64,000 nt of DNA from positions 5,580,001 to 5,644,000 of the forward strand of contig CP075497.1 of NCBI GenBank assembly GCA_021613535.1, read 5' to 3'. Source of the stretch: Adineta vaga. Lineage: Eukaryota > Animalia > Rotifera. The translations under genes and the position numbers were made by a program. Below the pieces are notes generated by a model. That model was not told where the DNA came from and ran no database searches. It worked only from the letters and a program-made list of their open reading frames with translations. This document shows, in pieces, positions 41,721 to 53,466 of this stretch (positions are counted from its first letter, which is position 1; each line of letters opens with the position of its first letter).

Positions 41721-43448
41721 ATGGATGATCAATTAAAACGTCTCGAAGCGATTACAAATCGATTAGAAACAGTTGTTCACCAAATCTCCTCGTCATCATC
41801 AGTAGCGACTGTCAATGGTCACTCACATGTGAATAATGGAACTGCTGATGAACTTGCTCATTTACCCATCTTACATGATTATGATACAATAATTAATGAA
41901 TCGTTTAAACCATTTTTAACTCTTTCAAATAAAATTGGTGGAGATCTGACAACAATGAGTGATCATGTTGAACGTTTGTTTAAAGCTCAACAACAATTTA
42001 TTAAGCAAGCTGTACAGAGTACGAAACCTAATGATCAAAAAATCATGGAAATAATTAAACCACAATCCAGTGAAATGGAAGCTATTTCAAGTTTGATTGA
42101 AATAAAATAAGACATTAAAGTTTTACTTTTATTTATTTTCGTAGATTTTACAAGCAAAAATCGTAAATCTCCATTATTTAATCATTTATCGGCTATTTCC
42201 GAAGGTATACCTGCACTTGGTTGGATTCTTATTTCTCCAACACCTGGTCCACATATCAAAGATATGACTGAAGCAGCACAATTTTATTCGAATCGTGTTT
42301 TAAAAGAATATAAAGAAAAAGATCCAGTTCATACTGAATGGGTTAAATCATGGACTAAAGTATTGAATGATCTTCATACCTATGTTAGACAACATCATAC
42401 TACTGGTTTAGCATGGGCATCTCATGGTAAACATGATTTTGATTCAACGAATGTAAAAACAAGTAAACCAGTTGCCGGCGGAGTACCACCTCCACCGCCG
42501 CCTCCTCCTCCACCACCACCACCACCAATGCCATCGAATAGTGCTCTTAATGCTTTGGTCGATGATAGTCGTAATGACTTGATGAATTCAATCAATGCAT
42601 TAGGTCAAGGTGCAACAGCTCATTTGAAAAAAGTTCCAGATGAACTCAAAACACATAAAAATCCACAATTAAGACAAACTGCAGGTAAATCGAAGTTTGC
42701 TTTTTTTGTTATCAAATGATAACTCTTTTATTGTATTCTATTCTCAGGAAGTCATCCTAGTTCTCATGAAGAGACAGCACATGGTAAGAAAGGTGCAGCA
42801 CCATTTGTTGATGGAAAACCAGTTGTACCACCTAAACCTGGCAAACCTGTACCTGCTCAAGTGTCTGCTAAACCACAAGTAGATTTTTACAAATATACTT
42901 TGCAAAACTTATCTTCTTATTTTTATTAGACAACGGTTAATACATCAAAGTCAACTGTTGTCAGTGGACCTCCTAAATTAATTCTTGAAGGTAATAAATG
43001 GTTGGTTGAATATCAAAAAGATAAACACGATCTTCGAATCACTGATACAAACATGAAACACAGTATTTACATATATAAATGTACAAATGCGACAATTGCA
43101 GTTGAAGGCAAAGTGAATTCTATTGTTCTTGATCAATGTACAAAAGTTGGCCTTCAATTTACATCGGTTGTATCTTTAGTTGAATTTATTAATTGTAAAA
43201 GTATGAACGCCCAAGTTGTTGATCGTGTACCAACAATTCAAATTGAAAAAACTGATGGTTGTCATATATATTTATCTGAAGGGTCACTTGATACTGAATT
43301 TATAACATCAAAATCTTCTGAAATGAGTGTTAACGTTCCATTTGGTGATGGTGAATACAAAGAATATCCCATTGCTGAGCAATTTAAAACACATTTGCAA
43401 AATGGTAAAAAATTGGTTACTGTACCTAATGAATCATCTGGTGTTTAA
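41721..43448 (+). CDS. CAP1: Adenylyl cyclase-associated protein (CAP/Srv2), multi-exon
   Basis: RLE repeats (LKRLEAITNRLE), FNHLSAISEGIPALGW, AAQFYSNRVLKEYK, poly-Pro, LKKVPDELKTHKN, CARP domain (GKVNSIVLDQC, ITSKSSEMSV, EYPIAEQF). Confidence 0.96.
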
Positions 43449-44017
43449 ATACATAATATGAATCATTATATCTTCTGTATTTCTTTTTGAACTGAAAATA
43501 TTGTACGTGATCATAATCGTCTTTTTTTCTATTATCTGGTTCCTATCTTATTCATCTTATTTCTAACTATATTTGCAATCAAAAATATTTTCTCATTTCT
43601 AAAAAGAAAAAAAACTCGTATTAGTATTTGATCAAGGTCTGCTTATTTTTTATCTTTACTTGCACGTAATTATTAAACTATATATACTGACATAAAATGC
43701 TTTTTTTTTTTAAAACAAAAATAAATAGATCTATACTAAAAAAATCGATAATGAATCAAAAAAGTGATCTGATCACGAACATGTGATACATAATCATTCA
43801 TAATAAATCTTCAATGATTAATCAATAGAATACATATATATATATATATATAGTGTTAGTACAGAACGAAAAGAAAAGTATTACTTTAATATAGAATGAG
43901 GGGAAAAAAAGTAAACAAATGAATTGAAAAGAAGCAACCTTCTTGGTTTTGCCTTTCATACTTATCTTTAGTCATTAACAACCGACTTGTTTTTCTTATA
44001 GTTAGAAGATAGCAACA

Positions 44018-46479
44018 ATGCAATTTGATGATTTCTATGAAAATATTGGAACATTTGGTCAATACCAAAAACTCAAATATTTTCTTATATGTCTTACTTA
44101 CATGCTACCTCCAATTATGGTTTATACATGGACATTTACAGCAGCTACTCCATCTTTTCAGTGTGATTTATCATTTGTCGAGAATTCTGACATTGGACTA
44201 TTCAATCATGTTTCGCAACGATATATTCCAAGTGCAACTCAATGTCGTGAATATAAAAGTACAATATCAATACAAGAATGTCAAAGATGTTATTCAAGTA
44301 CAAATAAAAGTTATAATCATGACAATAATAATGAAATATTGCAAGCATGTACGAATTTTCGTTTTGATCGAACATATTATAAATCAACATTAGTTGAAGA
44401 AGTTAGTTTTAATAAGAAATACAGACGAAAACAAAACGAAAATATGAATCTTTTCATCTTTAGTGGTCAATGGTTTGTGATAGAGTATCATGGAAAAGTT
44501 TTTCTCAAATGGTATTCTTTTCTGGTTATATGGTTGGTTCATTGATTTTTGGCATTCTATCAGACATGTATACTGATTTGAAAATAACTAATGATTTCTT
44601 TTTTCTATAATCTTTTGTTCAGATTTGGACGACGACCAATAATGGGTATTTCATTTTTTATTATCACTCTAGCAAGTTTTATTTGTGCATTAGCACCACA
44701 AGAAAGTCTTGGATTTGAAAAGAGTTATTCACTCTTTATTCTCGGTCGATTTTTACTTGCATGTGCAACACGTGGTATTGCGTTGACTGGTTTTGTTATT
44801 GGTATGTGATGAAATTCATCTACATTCATCTATTTCATTTTTGATATTTTTTGTAGGTGTAGAAATCGGTTAGTGTAAATAAGTTCGATTTGAAACATAA
44901 TGACGAGATTTTCTACATAGTTGGACCAACACAACGTTTATTTACTGGCATTGTTATTGAATATTTTTTCGCTTTGGGTGAACTAATTTTATTAGTATTT
45001 GCATATCTTTTTCGGACATGGTATCAACTTCATACAGCTTTAGCAATTTTATCATTACCATTTGTATTATTCTACTTGTAAAATATGATAGATGATGAAT
45101 TGTTTCGTAAGAATTATGGTTTGTTTTCTTCGTTTAGTTTATTACCAGAAAGTCCACGCTGGATGATATCGAAAGGTCATTATGATAAAGCAGAAAAAGT
45201 TCTCCGTCATATAGCGAAAGTTAATCAGAAAGATTTTGATTCCATCGCTTATCAACGACTTATAACTGAAGAAAAGAAGGTAAGAAAAACGTAAACAAAA
45301 ATTCCGTGGAATCTTTTGATCATAATCCTTCGTTAGAGACAAGCAGTATCTCATGAAAAGCATCATGGATGTATAATTTTATTTCGATCAAAAATCATGT
45401 TCATTATAACAATGAATATATCATTTCAATGGTAAAATCATAGAAAAAAATCTTTTCTTTTATTGATTCGTTTGCATAATTGATAGGTTTGTACAAAATC
45501 TCGTTTTTTATGGTGTCTCACAAAACACAGGTAGAGTAGAATGAATTTATTATCCGGTCAAAGTAATGGCATGCTCTATAGGTGTTTGGCTATCGAATCC
45601 ATATATATCATTTGGAGCGAGTGCTGTGGTTGAAATAATTTCTTATGCTACGGTTCATCTAGCTCTTCGTTATTGGGGTCGAAAAGCAGTTTATTGTGTT
45701 TTTGTTATGGGTTTTGCGATTTTCGCGTTTCTAGTAGTTCCTGTTCAAATGTTAATGATTAAAGATAGTCCAGGTAATTGATTTCTGCCACATTTACAAA
45801 GAAATTAGATTTTGTTTTGATAAAATATCCGCGCAGCGAAAAATCAAAATTGCGAGCGCATCTTTCAGCGAAAATATCGCAAATCATATATAAGACTTTG
45901 TTTTCGCCATCACACCTTTTCTTTATTTCTCTTGTTTGTTTAAAGGTCAATATGGTTTAATGTTTATAATTCATGTCGTTCTAAAGTTTTTTGCTTCTGG
46001 TTCTTATGCTATCATCTATATTTATGCAAATGAATTATTTCCGACGCAAGTTCGAAATACTGGTATCGGTATTTGTTCAATGATCGCTCGCTTAGGCGCT
46101 ATCGTGGGGACATTATCGAATGATGTATTGGTAAATATTTAATAGATTTCGTGTTTTTCATCCTTATTTGTTCGTTCTATTTAAGGCAAGAGTATGGTTA
46201 CATTTTCCAATTGCTGTCTTTGGTATAACTTCGATAATTGCAGTAGTATTTATAACAGTTTGTCCGGAAACTTTAAATAGACCATTACCTCAAACAGTCG
46301 ATGATGTTGAACGCATGGGTCTTGCTTTGTAAGTAGTTGATTATCTGGATACTATCAACGAGCTTTCTTCAATTTTATTTAGTCCATGGGTAAGAGCAAG
46401 ACGATTAACACGTATTCAAATTGATGATATGGATGAAAATATTGCATTGAAAATACTACCAGAAGATAATACTGCTTAA
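44018..46479 (+). CDS. SLC22 organic cation/anion transporter (MFS), many exons including a 12-nt micro-exon
   Basis: FDDFYENIGTFGQYQ, TLVEE|WSMVCDR, LSD|FGRRP, LPESPRW, YANELFPTQVRNTG, PETLNRPLPQTVDDVE. Stop at 46477-46479. Confidence 0.93.
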
Positions 46480-46745
46480 TTTCATTTGTTCGACAGTTCT
46501 TTTTATTTATTTTTATTTGTAATAGTGAAAATGTATACAAATTGTACGAAGAAATGTTTTATGAATCAATAGAAAGTGAAGATCAAAAGAGTGCACTAGT
46601 TTTATATCAAAATCCGCTTTGAAAGTATATCGTAGACAAAGATTTCTTGCAATAATTCTTTTCTTTTGACAAATAATTTCTTGAAGAACATCAATTATCT
46701 ATGAGGAAATTTTCGAAGTTGAATATTTGTTTGAATATTATATAT

Positions 46746-47872
46746 TTAGATTTCTAATAAAAATACATAGATAAGAGCTAATAAAGAAATAGATAATGTA
46801 CCGACGAGTCCTGCATGAGATGTGAGTGTGGTGGTTACGATAACTGTGCTTGTTATATTTCTCATTGGCATAGACATATTACTTCGATTAGGTGGCATTT
46901 GACCAATACCTGGTCCCATTTCACCACCACCTACTGCAGCTGGCGTTGCACTCGAGTTCACACCAACTGTCACTGTTCCACTATAGTTCATCACTGAGTT
47001 TTGTGTTATCGATACAATCGTCACTGATCCATTCGATGATGCATATATATTATCTTCAGAATTTCGTGTACGAACTATGGTGTGGGTCGAATATGGTGAC
47101 AATAAGGCAACAGAATCTGTCAATGTATCATTGAAAAACAGTTGACCTGTATGTGATACATGACCACCTGAATACGTTCCACTTGTATTACTTGTCACAT
47201 TCATACCAACATGTACTTTCAGATGAATGTGCGTTGCCCTACCCTCGTACCATCCTGGATAGATTGTGTCAAATGTTGCAATACCATTCACATTGGTTAG
47301 AGCCAATCCTGAATAAAAGTCAGCATGTGAACTTTGTATATCATCTGCTGATGGACAAAAAGACATGTATACCTCGAAAAAATGTTTGATTATCATTGAC
47401 AGAATTTTGAATGCCTTGACTAGCTGCAATGTAATGAGAATAGATGCCAATTGAATCACAATGCCAAAGATCGACTAAAGCACCGACAAGTGGGGAGCAG
47501 TTGTTTGTATCGATGACAGAGATTGAAAGTCGAAGTGGAATGCCACTTTTACCTTCTCTAAAGAAAGAAAGAAAGATGTAATGTGAATAGTTGATGATGG
47601 AGATGGTGAATAGTCACGTGATATTTTGTCGAATAGTTGCATTCCAATAGTAGGGTCCTTCGGTGGCTTGAGGTGTAAGAATGCATGAAGATGATGCGGT
47701 GATTTGTCGTTTACATCGTGAAGCTAAGTGTGAGATGAGAAAAGAGATGAAATGTGCAGATGTGTTTGTTGTAGGAATGCAAAGAAATGTTACCTGTGGA
47801 GAAGATATCATCAGAATAAGCGTGATGACCGAAGATGGAGAGAAGAGTGAAGAGCAGGCGTAAAATAAACAT
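46746..47872 (-). CDS. Secreted intradiol ring-cleavage dioxygenase-like protein, 4 exons, S/T-rich stalk and hydrophobic C-terminus
   Basis: CILTPQATEGPYY..IRQNIT|EGKSGIPLRL..VDLWHCDSIGIYSHY..TFFR|G..FDTIYPGWYEGRATHIH..HVSHTGQLFFND. The Tyr/Tyr/His/His iron ligands are present. Confidence 0.92.
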
Positions 47873-49450
47873 TAGTAATATATATGTTGTCGAAAGTCTA
47901 AACAGAAGAGAAATCAATGATAAACAGTATACTAAAATATTTTTGTTTCTCATGAGATTATCTGAAGAGTGTTAACTCAGTTTTTGAAATCAGATGATCT
48001 GCACATTCATAGACAGGATATCGTAATGAAAGGATCATAGAGTATTCTACGGCTCGGTTCGTTTCATATTATATTCGAATGAAAATTGTATTCGATGAAA
48101 AGTAACAAGATGTTTGTAACAAATATTGCTCTTACATCAAGAACAATGACTAACTTTATATGAAAAATGACTTACGTATGAAAAAAATAGCCGTAAAAAA
48201 TATCGCTGAATTAAGTAAATATATAATATCCTATTTTTTTTATGTGATATAGGATAGCCTTTTGAAAAAAAGAAATAAACCATACATTTGTCTCCTATTT
48301 GTATACGTAGGTACAATCTGTAGGAAGTAAGCCTACAAAAGCATATTAAGACATGGTGAATAAGCTTCAATTGAAATGTCTGCCATACATTTGGTGCCGA
48401 AGTACAAAATATTTACTAAGAATATGAATAATTTTTATTTTGAAATGAAATAAAAGTACATTGTATGTCATGTTTAATTATGAGTATGTTATATAAAATT
48501 TTATAAATTTACCATTTGTTTTCGCGTAAAAACTGTATTTTCTTTCAATTCATTATACATGAAGGATCAATCATAAATTTGTTCACCTGTCATACTCAAA
48601 GAACAGATAAATTCAACGTTTTTAGCAAGAATTCTATTCTCGTCAGTGATAAAAATCTCCAGAAGATTTGATAGTTGATAGTGTTCTTTTCTCGCGATTA
48701 TTTCTTTATTTATTTGTGTGTATTGAGATGGAAAAATATAATGATTAAATCAAATATATCAAGAATACTATCTATTTATACTTTATAGTTTTCTAACAGA
48801 GGTCAAACATATTTTTGTAAATACAGGAAATCCAATATAAGCGGAAGTATAGTTTTCTTTTCTAATTATTCCGAGTGCAAACAGATGAGAGTTTTATCAT
48901 AAAGGAGCGCAGCGAAGCTGTATTAATGATACTTTTGATCAATCTTTTCCTTTGTCGTAGAAATCTTCTCATTCATTAAAGCAACTGAGAACTTCAAAGA
49001 ACATGAAAGTATATGCCCTAGAAACTGGAACTCACACTATAATCAGTTTTTCTAAGTAAAAACAACTTTACTTTTGACATAATGAATGAATATTTCAAAT
49101 CAACTCGGTGTTAAGTCAAAATCTAGAAGTTTTTGATTTCACTTAATAGAAAAATGTATTTCCGTTGTTTGAACCGAACGACCTTGTCTATGTATTTTGA
49201 TTCTGCATATTACATTACAATTTCAACCATATCGTGTTTACATATTCATGAAGCGATTACTTTATTCTGTTGTCTCTTCTTTTGATTTGCATAGCATAAT
49301 GTTAATTTTATTCTATAGACGAAAAACCGATAAGAAATATTTGTAACAGCTTTATCTTTGTTAGGTATTGCCTGGATAAGAAAGACATTCTTTCGTCTTT
49401 TGTTTGAATAGATATATACAAGAGTTCTCTTGTTTGAAATAGCTTTTTAT

Positions 49451-50170
49451 TTATGAAAATTGTTTTTTCTTTCTTTCAACTAATAATGAATTCATTGAAT
49501 TATATATAGGATATGCTGTTAGCGGTTGTGACCATGATAATGATCGTTCAACTAATTGTCGTCGTCGTCGACTTTGTGGTGATCGTTCATATTTAACTAT
49601 TTCTATAGGTGAACAAGTTAATATCGATATTGAATTTTTTCTTGTTTGTATTCTTGATTCGTTTTGTTTTGTATGATCTTCTCCTTCTTCTTCTTCTTCT
49701 TCTTCTTCTTCTTCAATTGGTTTTAATCCCATAAAATATTTCGTTATCTGTTCGATTATTTCTTCAATTTGATCATCCATTATTCGATGTGCTGTTCGTG
49801 AATTTAAATTTATGAAAATTTCATCAAGAATTTTCTTATATTCACTCTTATCTGTTGACCAAATTGATTGAAATTTACGTGAAAGATCATTGTAGATACA
49901 CTGACATGTTAATTCCATTTCAATATGACGATAATGATAAATACATGCAAGAATAATTGTTTTACATGTACGCTCTTGAATATCAATAGAAAATGTTGGA
50001 TGACGAACATGATATTTATCAGTTAATCGACGTAATTCTTTATCAGTAATGATTTCTCTTGCTAAATATGGAGGAAAAAGAAACAAACGAAATTGCAACG
50101 GTTTATTAAAGAAAAACTTTTTTAGTTTTTAACCTTCGCAGTATTTTTTTTCGTAGGAGAGTTGTTGCAT
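49451..50170 (-). CDS. Hypothetical protein (orphan); probable exons 50170-50134 and 50061-49451
   Basis: 215-aa ORF with gene-like codon usage and a poly-Glu tract. A short upstream ATG exon splices in frame (MQQLSYEKKYCE|AREIIT). Confidence 0.65.
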
Positions 50171-50611
50171 TTGATATGATTTTGATGGCAAGAAAATGAA
50201 AGAATGAAGATGATGGTTAACTGATGTTAATTGTTGACACAGACACAACTTCAGATAAGAAATACGAATCTAGTGATTTGATTCTATTATTCTTCACATA
50301 AAGAAATAAACGTTTCGTATTCTCTCATGTACGATTCAATTTCAACTTTTTTCTTTGATATGCACGCTATTCATTCAACTGAATTCAATAGATATGTTGA
50401 ATGGATAACCATAAACAAGATAATCCAATAGGACAAATTAACAATAGAAATAGAAGAGTTTCTTCTTAAGTTAATTGCTTTCATTTGTAAGTAAGTCGGC
50501 AAATGTTTATGATTGAGCCCTTCAGACTTTATTTCAGTAATCTTTTCTTCTTTTTCATCGTCTTATACTTACGCACAATCATCATTTTGTTCAAATCCGG
50601 AAATTATCGTC

Positions 50612-50630
50612 TCACGTCACATGACGTCAT
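50612..50630. promoter_or_regulatory. CRE/ATF palindrome ATGACGTCAT with adjacent ACGTCA half-site, about 450 bp upstream of the orphan gene
   Basis: Sequence tcacgtcacATGACGTCAT. Function not shown. Confidence 0.3.
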
Positions 50631-52163
50631 TAGTGAATATATGACCTTTCATATCGACTCTATGTCATAAATGTGTTTTACTCGATGTACACTTTATTTC
50701 AAGATGTGTTTTTCTGATAGTCATAATATTTCTTAAATTATGAAACAGCATTCATTTCTATAGAAATTATTCTTTCACAGGAATGTATTGTTTTCATAAT
50801 GAAATTCCTTCATTATGATTATCATAAGAACATTCTCTAATGCTAATGTCACATTAGATTGACATAATATAGAGAAGGTGATTGAAAGTCAAATCTGAAT
50901 CATTCTGTTTGATGGATATTACTTTTTATTTGTTTACAAGGAAAAAGTAGATATAAATGTATCCATCGGGTAATTCTTATTGAAAGGGCACAAACGGTGT
51001 TGTCAATCTTTCTTTTCATCGTTAACAACATCATACAACTTTTTTTTTCGATTACGCAGATCAACGATTGCTAATGGCATTATTTCGCTAACAAAATAAA
51101 AGACTTCTGTCGCCGGTGAACTTTTATTGCCTGTTATCATAAACGTTTGTTTTCTTCCCTACTAATTTCATAGTATCATGCGACCTGAGGCTATATAAGA
51201 AGTAGTTGAAGTATCTATGAAAGAAAACAATTAGTTATCTATCGTGAATATAATTTTAATCTACGAAAAGTTGAATAAAACAACTCATATCTATATACAC
51301 ATGAAGATAGGAGTGGAAAAACAGAATTAAAAATTCTTTTGAAATATTGATTTAGTTTTGTATTGAAGTTTGGCAAAGAGTGCTTTTTATTTCATAATGA
51401 GAATAATAAAAGAATATTCTCGTTGAATAAGTAATGAAAAGTAAAACTAAAAATATGTTGACGAAGAAAGTCCCTGACTATTTAATAATTAAACTAAATA
51501 GTTAAACATATCTAGAGAGCATCTAAAGAAAAGAATTAAACTAATAATATGTATATCCAGACCTTCACAGAAATTTAATCAAGATCCAGAATTTCAAGTA
51601 CGCTTTTAACAAAGAAAAATATTTTTGCATAAAACTTTCAGATAAAAGTACTCTTCGTTTAAATATGTTGAGAAGAAAACACTAGTATGTTAATAAGAGG
51701 ATTAGATATTCTCTTTCTTTTTTTTCAAAGTATAAAATGGAAATTAGGATTTGTATTCATCTTGATTAGTCCTACCATGTATTTTGAATGAAATGTAATC
51801 ATGTAAGAATACATAACACTTTCAAATATTGTTATGAAGATTCTCTTTGATATGTCTGTTTGACAGTTGAAAGTAAAACATGAGAAGACTTAGAAAATTT
51901 TTAGAATCGTTTCATGATTTGTCTTTCTTGACCTTCGCCTACGAATAAAATAACGATAGTTACTGTAGAGAAGAAGAAAAATTAGCGGCGAGAAAAGCAA
52001 CTATCTATCTATTGACTCTTTTCTTCGCTTGAAATTTCCATCGCTCTCTTTCCCTGTTTCTGTCTTCTTTTTCTCTTTTTTTTCTCTTCTATTTGTCTTT
52101 CTTCTCGCTTCTATTTTCTATATTAAGATCTTTACTCAAATAAAGAAATCAAAACTTATTATC

Positions 52164-53466
52164 ATGAATTTTGGAATGAATAACACCACAGCAGCCGAAT
52201 TCTTAAATATTCCCAGTTTACGTGTCTTAATTGCAATAAGCTGTATTGTTATCTATGTATTCGGTTATACAGGTTGTTTATTATCAATATTTACATTTAG
52301 CTCGAAAAAACTTCGTAGCCATTCCACCGGTTTCTTATTTCTTATTATGGCATTTGTTGATATGTTTAATCTTTTTGCTAGTTTACAATACTTTCTTGAT
52401 GCTCTTTATCACATCAATGTTTTTGCACTATCTATACATTGGTGTCGATTCCTCACAATGTAAGTAGAATGAAAGAAAGATTTCTAATCATAAGTATTTA
52501 TGTATTTTTAGTTGTAATTATGAACTTTATTTTGGATTTTCTTGGATATTTGCATTTATTTCACTTGATCGTTGGATGAAAGTTGAATGGCCAACAAAAA
52601 GTCAAACGTTATGTACACGAAAAAGATTTATCTATTTATGTTTAATAGGTTTAATGTTAAGTTTAATTCAAAATACAATTTATGCTTTCTTATGCTTTCA
52701 TGATAAATGTAAACCGAAAACACTTACTTGTGAAATCTTTATTCATGCTATTTATATAAGTATCTATATGATTGTCCCAATTGTGATTATTCTTCTTTCG
52801 ATTAGTCGAACATGTTTGATTACACTTCATATAAAAAAACGTTTTCGTCCGTCAATTCAACAGAATTTATCGAAAATGAATCGTTCGAAATCTTATCAAG
52901 ATAATTCTCATATAACTATTGAAAGAACAATGACTTCAACAAATGTTACAAGTCGTACATCAAGTTCATTTATTGGTTCATTATCACAACCAACATCAAT
53001 ACCAAAAACTGAAAATTATCATCAGATTAATGATACGCAAAATCGTTCATTAAATTACACAACAACAACTTTCCATCGACGACGTGCCCGTTTAGACACT
53101 CAAATGATTATTTTAATATCAATTAATGTTGCACCATTTATTCTCGTTCATATCATAACAGAAATTGCGTATCTTTTCGAAACATATTCACATTTTGTTG
53201 TTCAATCTCGAGTATCTCAACTATTCATTATTCTAGTTTATCTTTCATGGTATTTTATATCAGCGACACGCTTCTATACCAATTGTCTTCTTTCGCGAAT
53301 CTATCGAGAAGAATTTCTCAATCGTTTATCAATGTTAAGAAATCGTTGTAAACCACGAATTATTTTAGTTGGTCAAGGACAATCATCTCGACGTTCAACC
53401 AAAATACAGGTCGGACAGATTGTTAATGGCATAGAAAATACTTTAATACCTACGTCAAATATATAA
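52164..53466 (+). CDS. Rhodopsin-like (class A) orphan GPCR, 2 exons (intron 52460-52511)
   Basis: Seven hydrophobic segments, TM2 MAFVD, ECL1 WC, TM3 SLDRW, long S/T-rich ICL3, TM7 followed by SRIYREEF helix 8. Confidence 0.88.

Noticed and set aside
45773-45945. Longer SLC22 intron with a CG-rich patch (gcgcagcgaaaa...cagcgaaaatatcgc), possible snoRNA or MITE
   Set aside because: No convincing C/D or H/ACA boxes, terminal inverted repeats or target-site duplication could be defined by eye.
48960-49200. Minus-strand fragment GQGRSVQTTEIHF...DLTP reminiscent of GTPase G2/G3 motifs
   Set aside because: Interrupted by stops, no P-loop found, too short to support.
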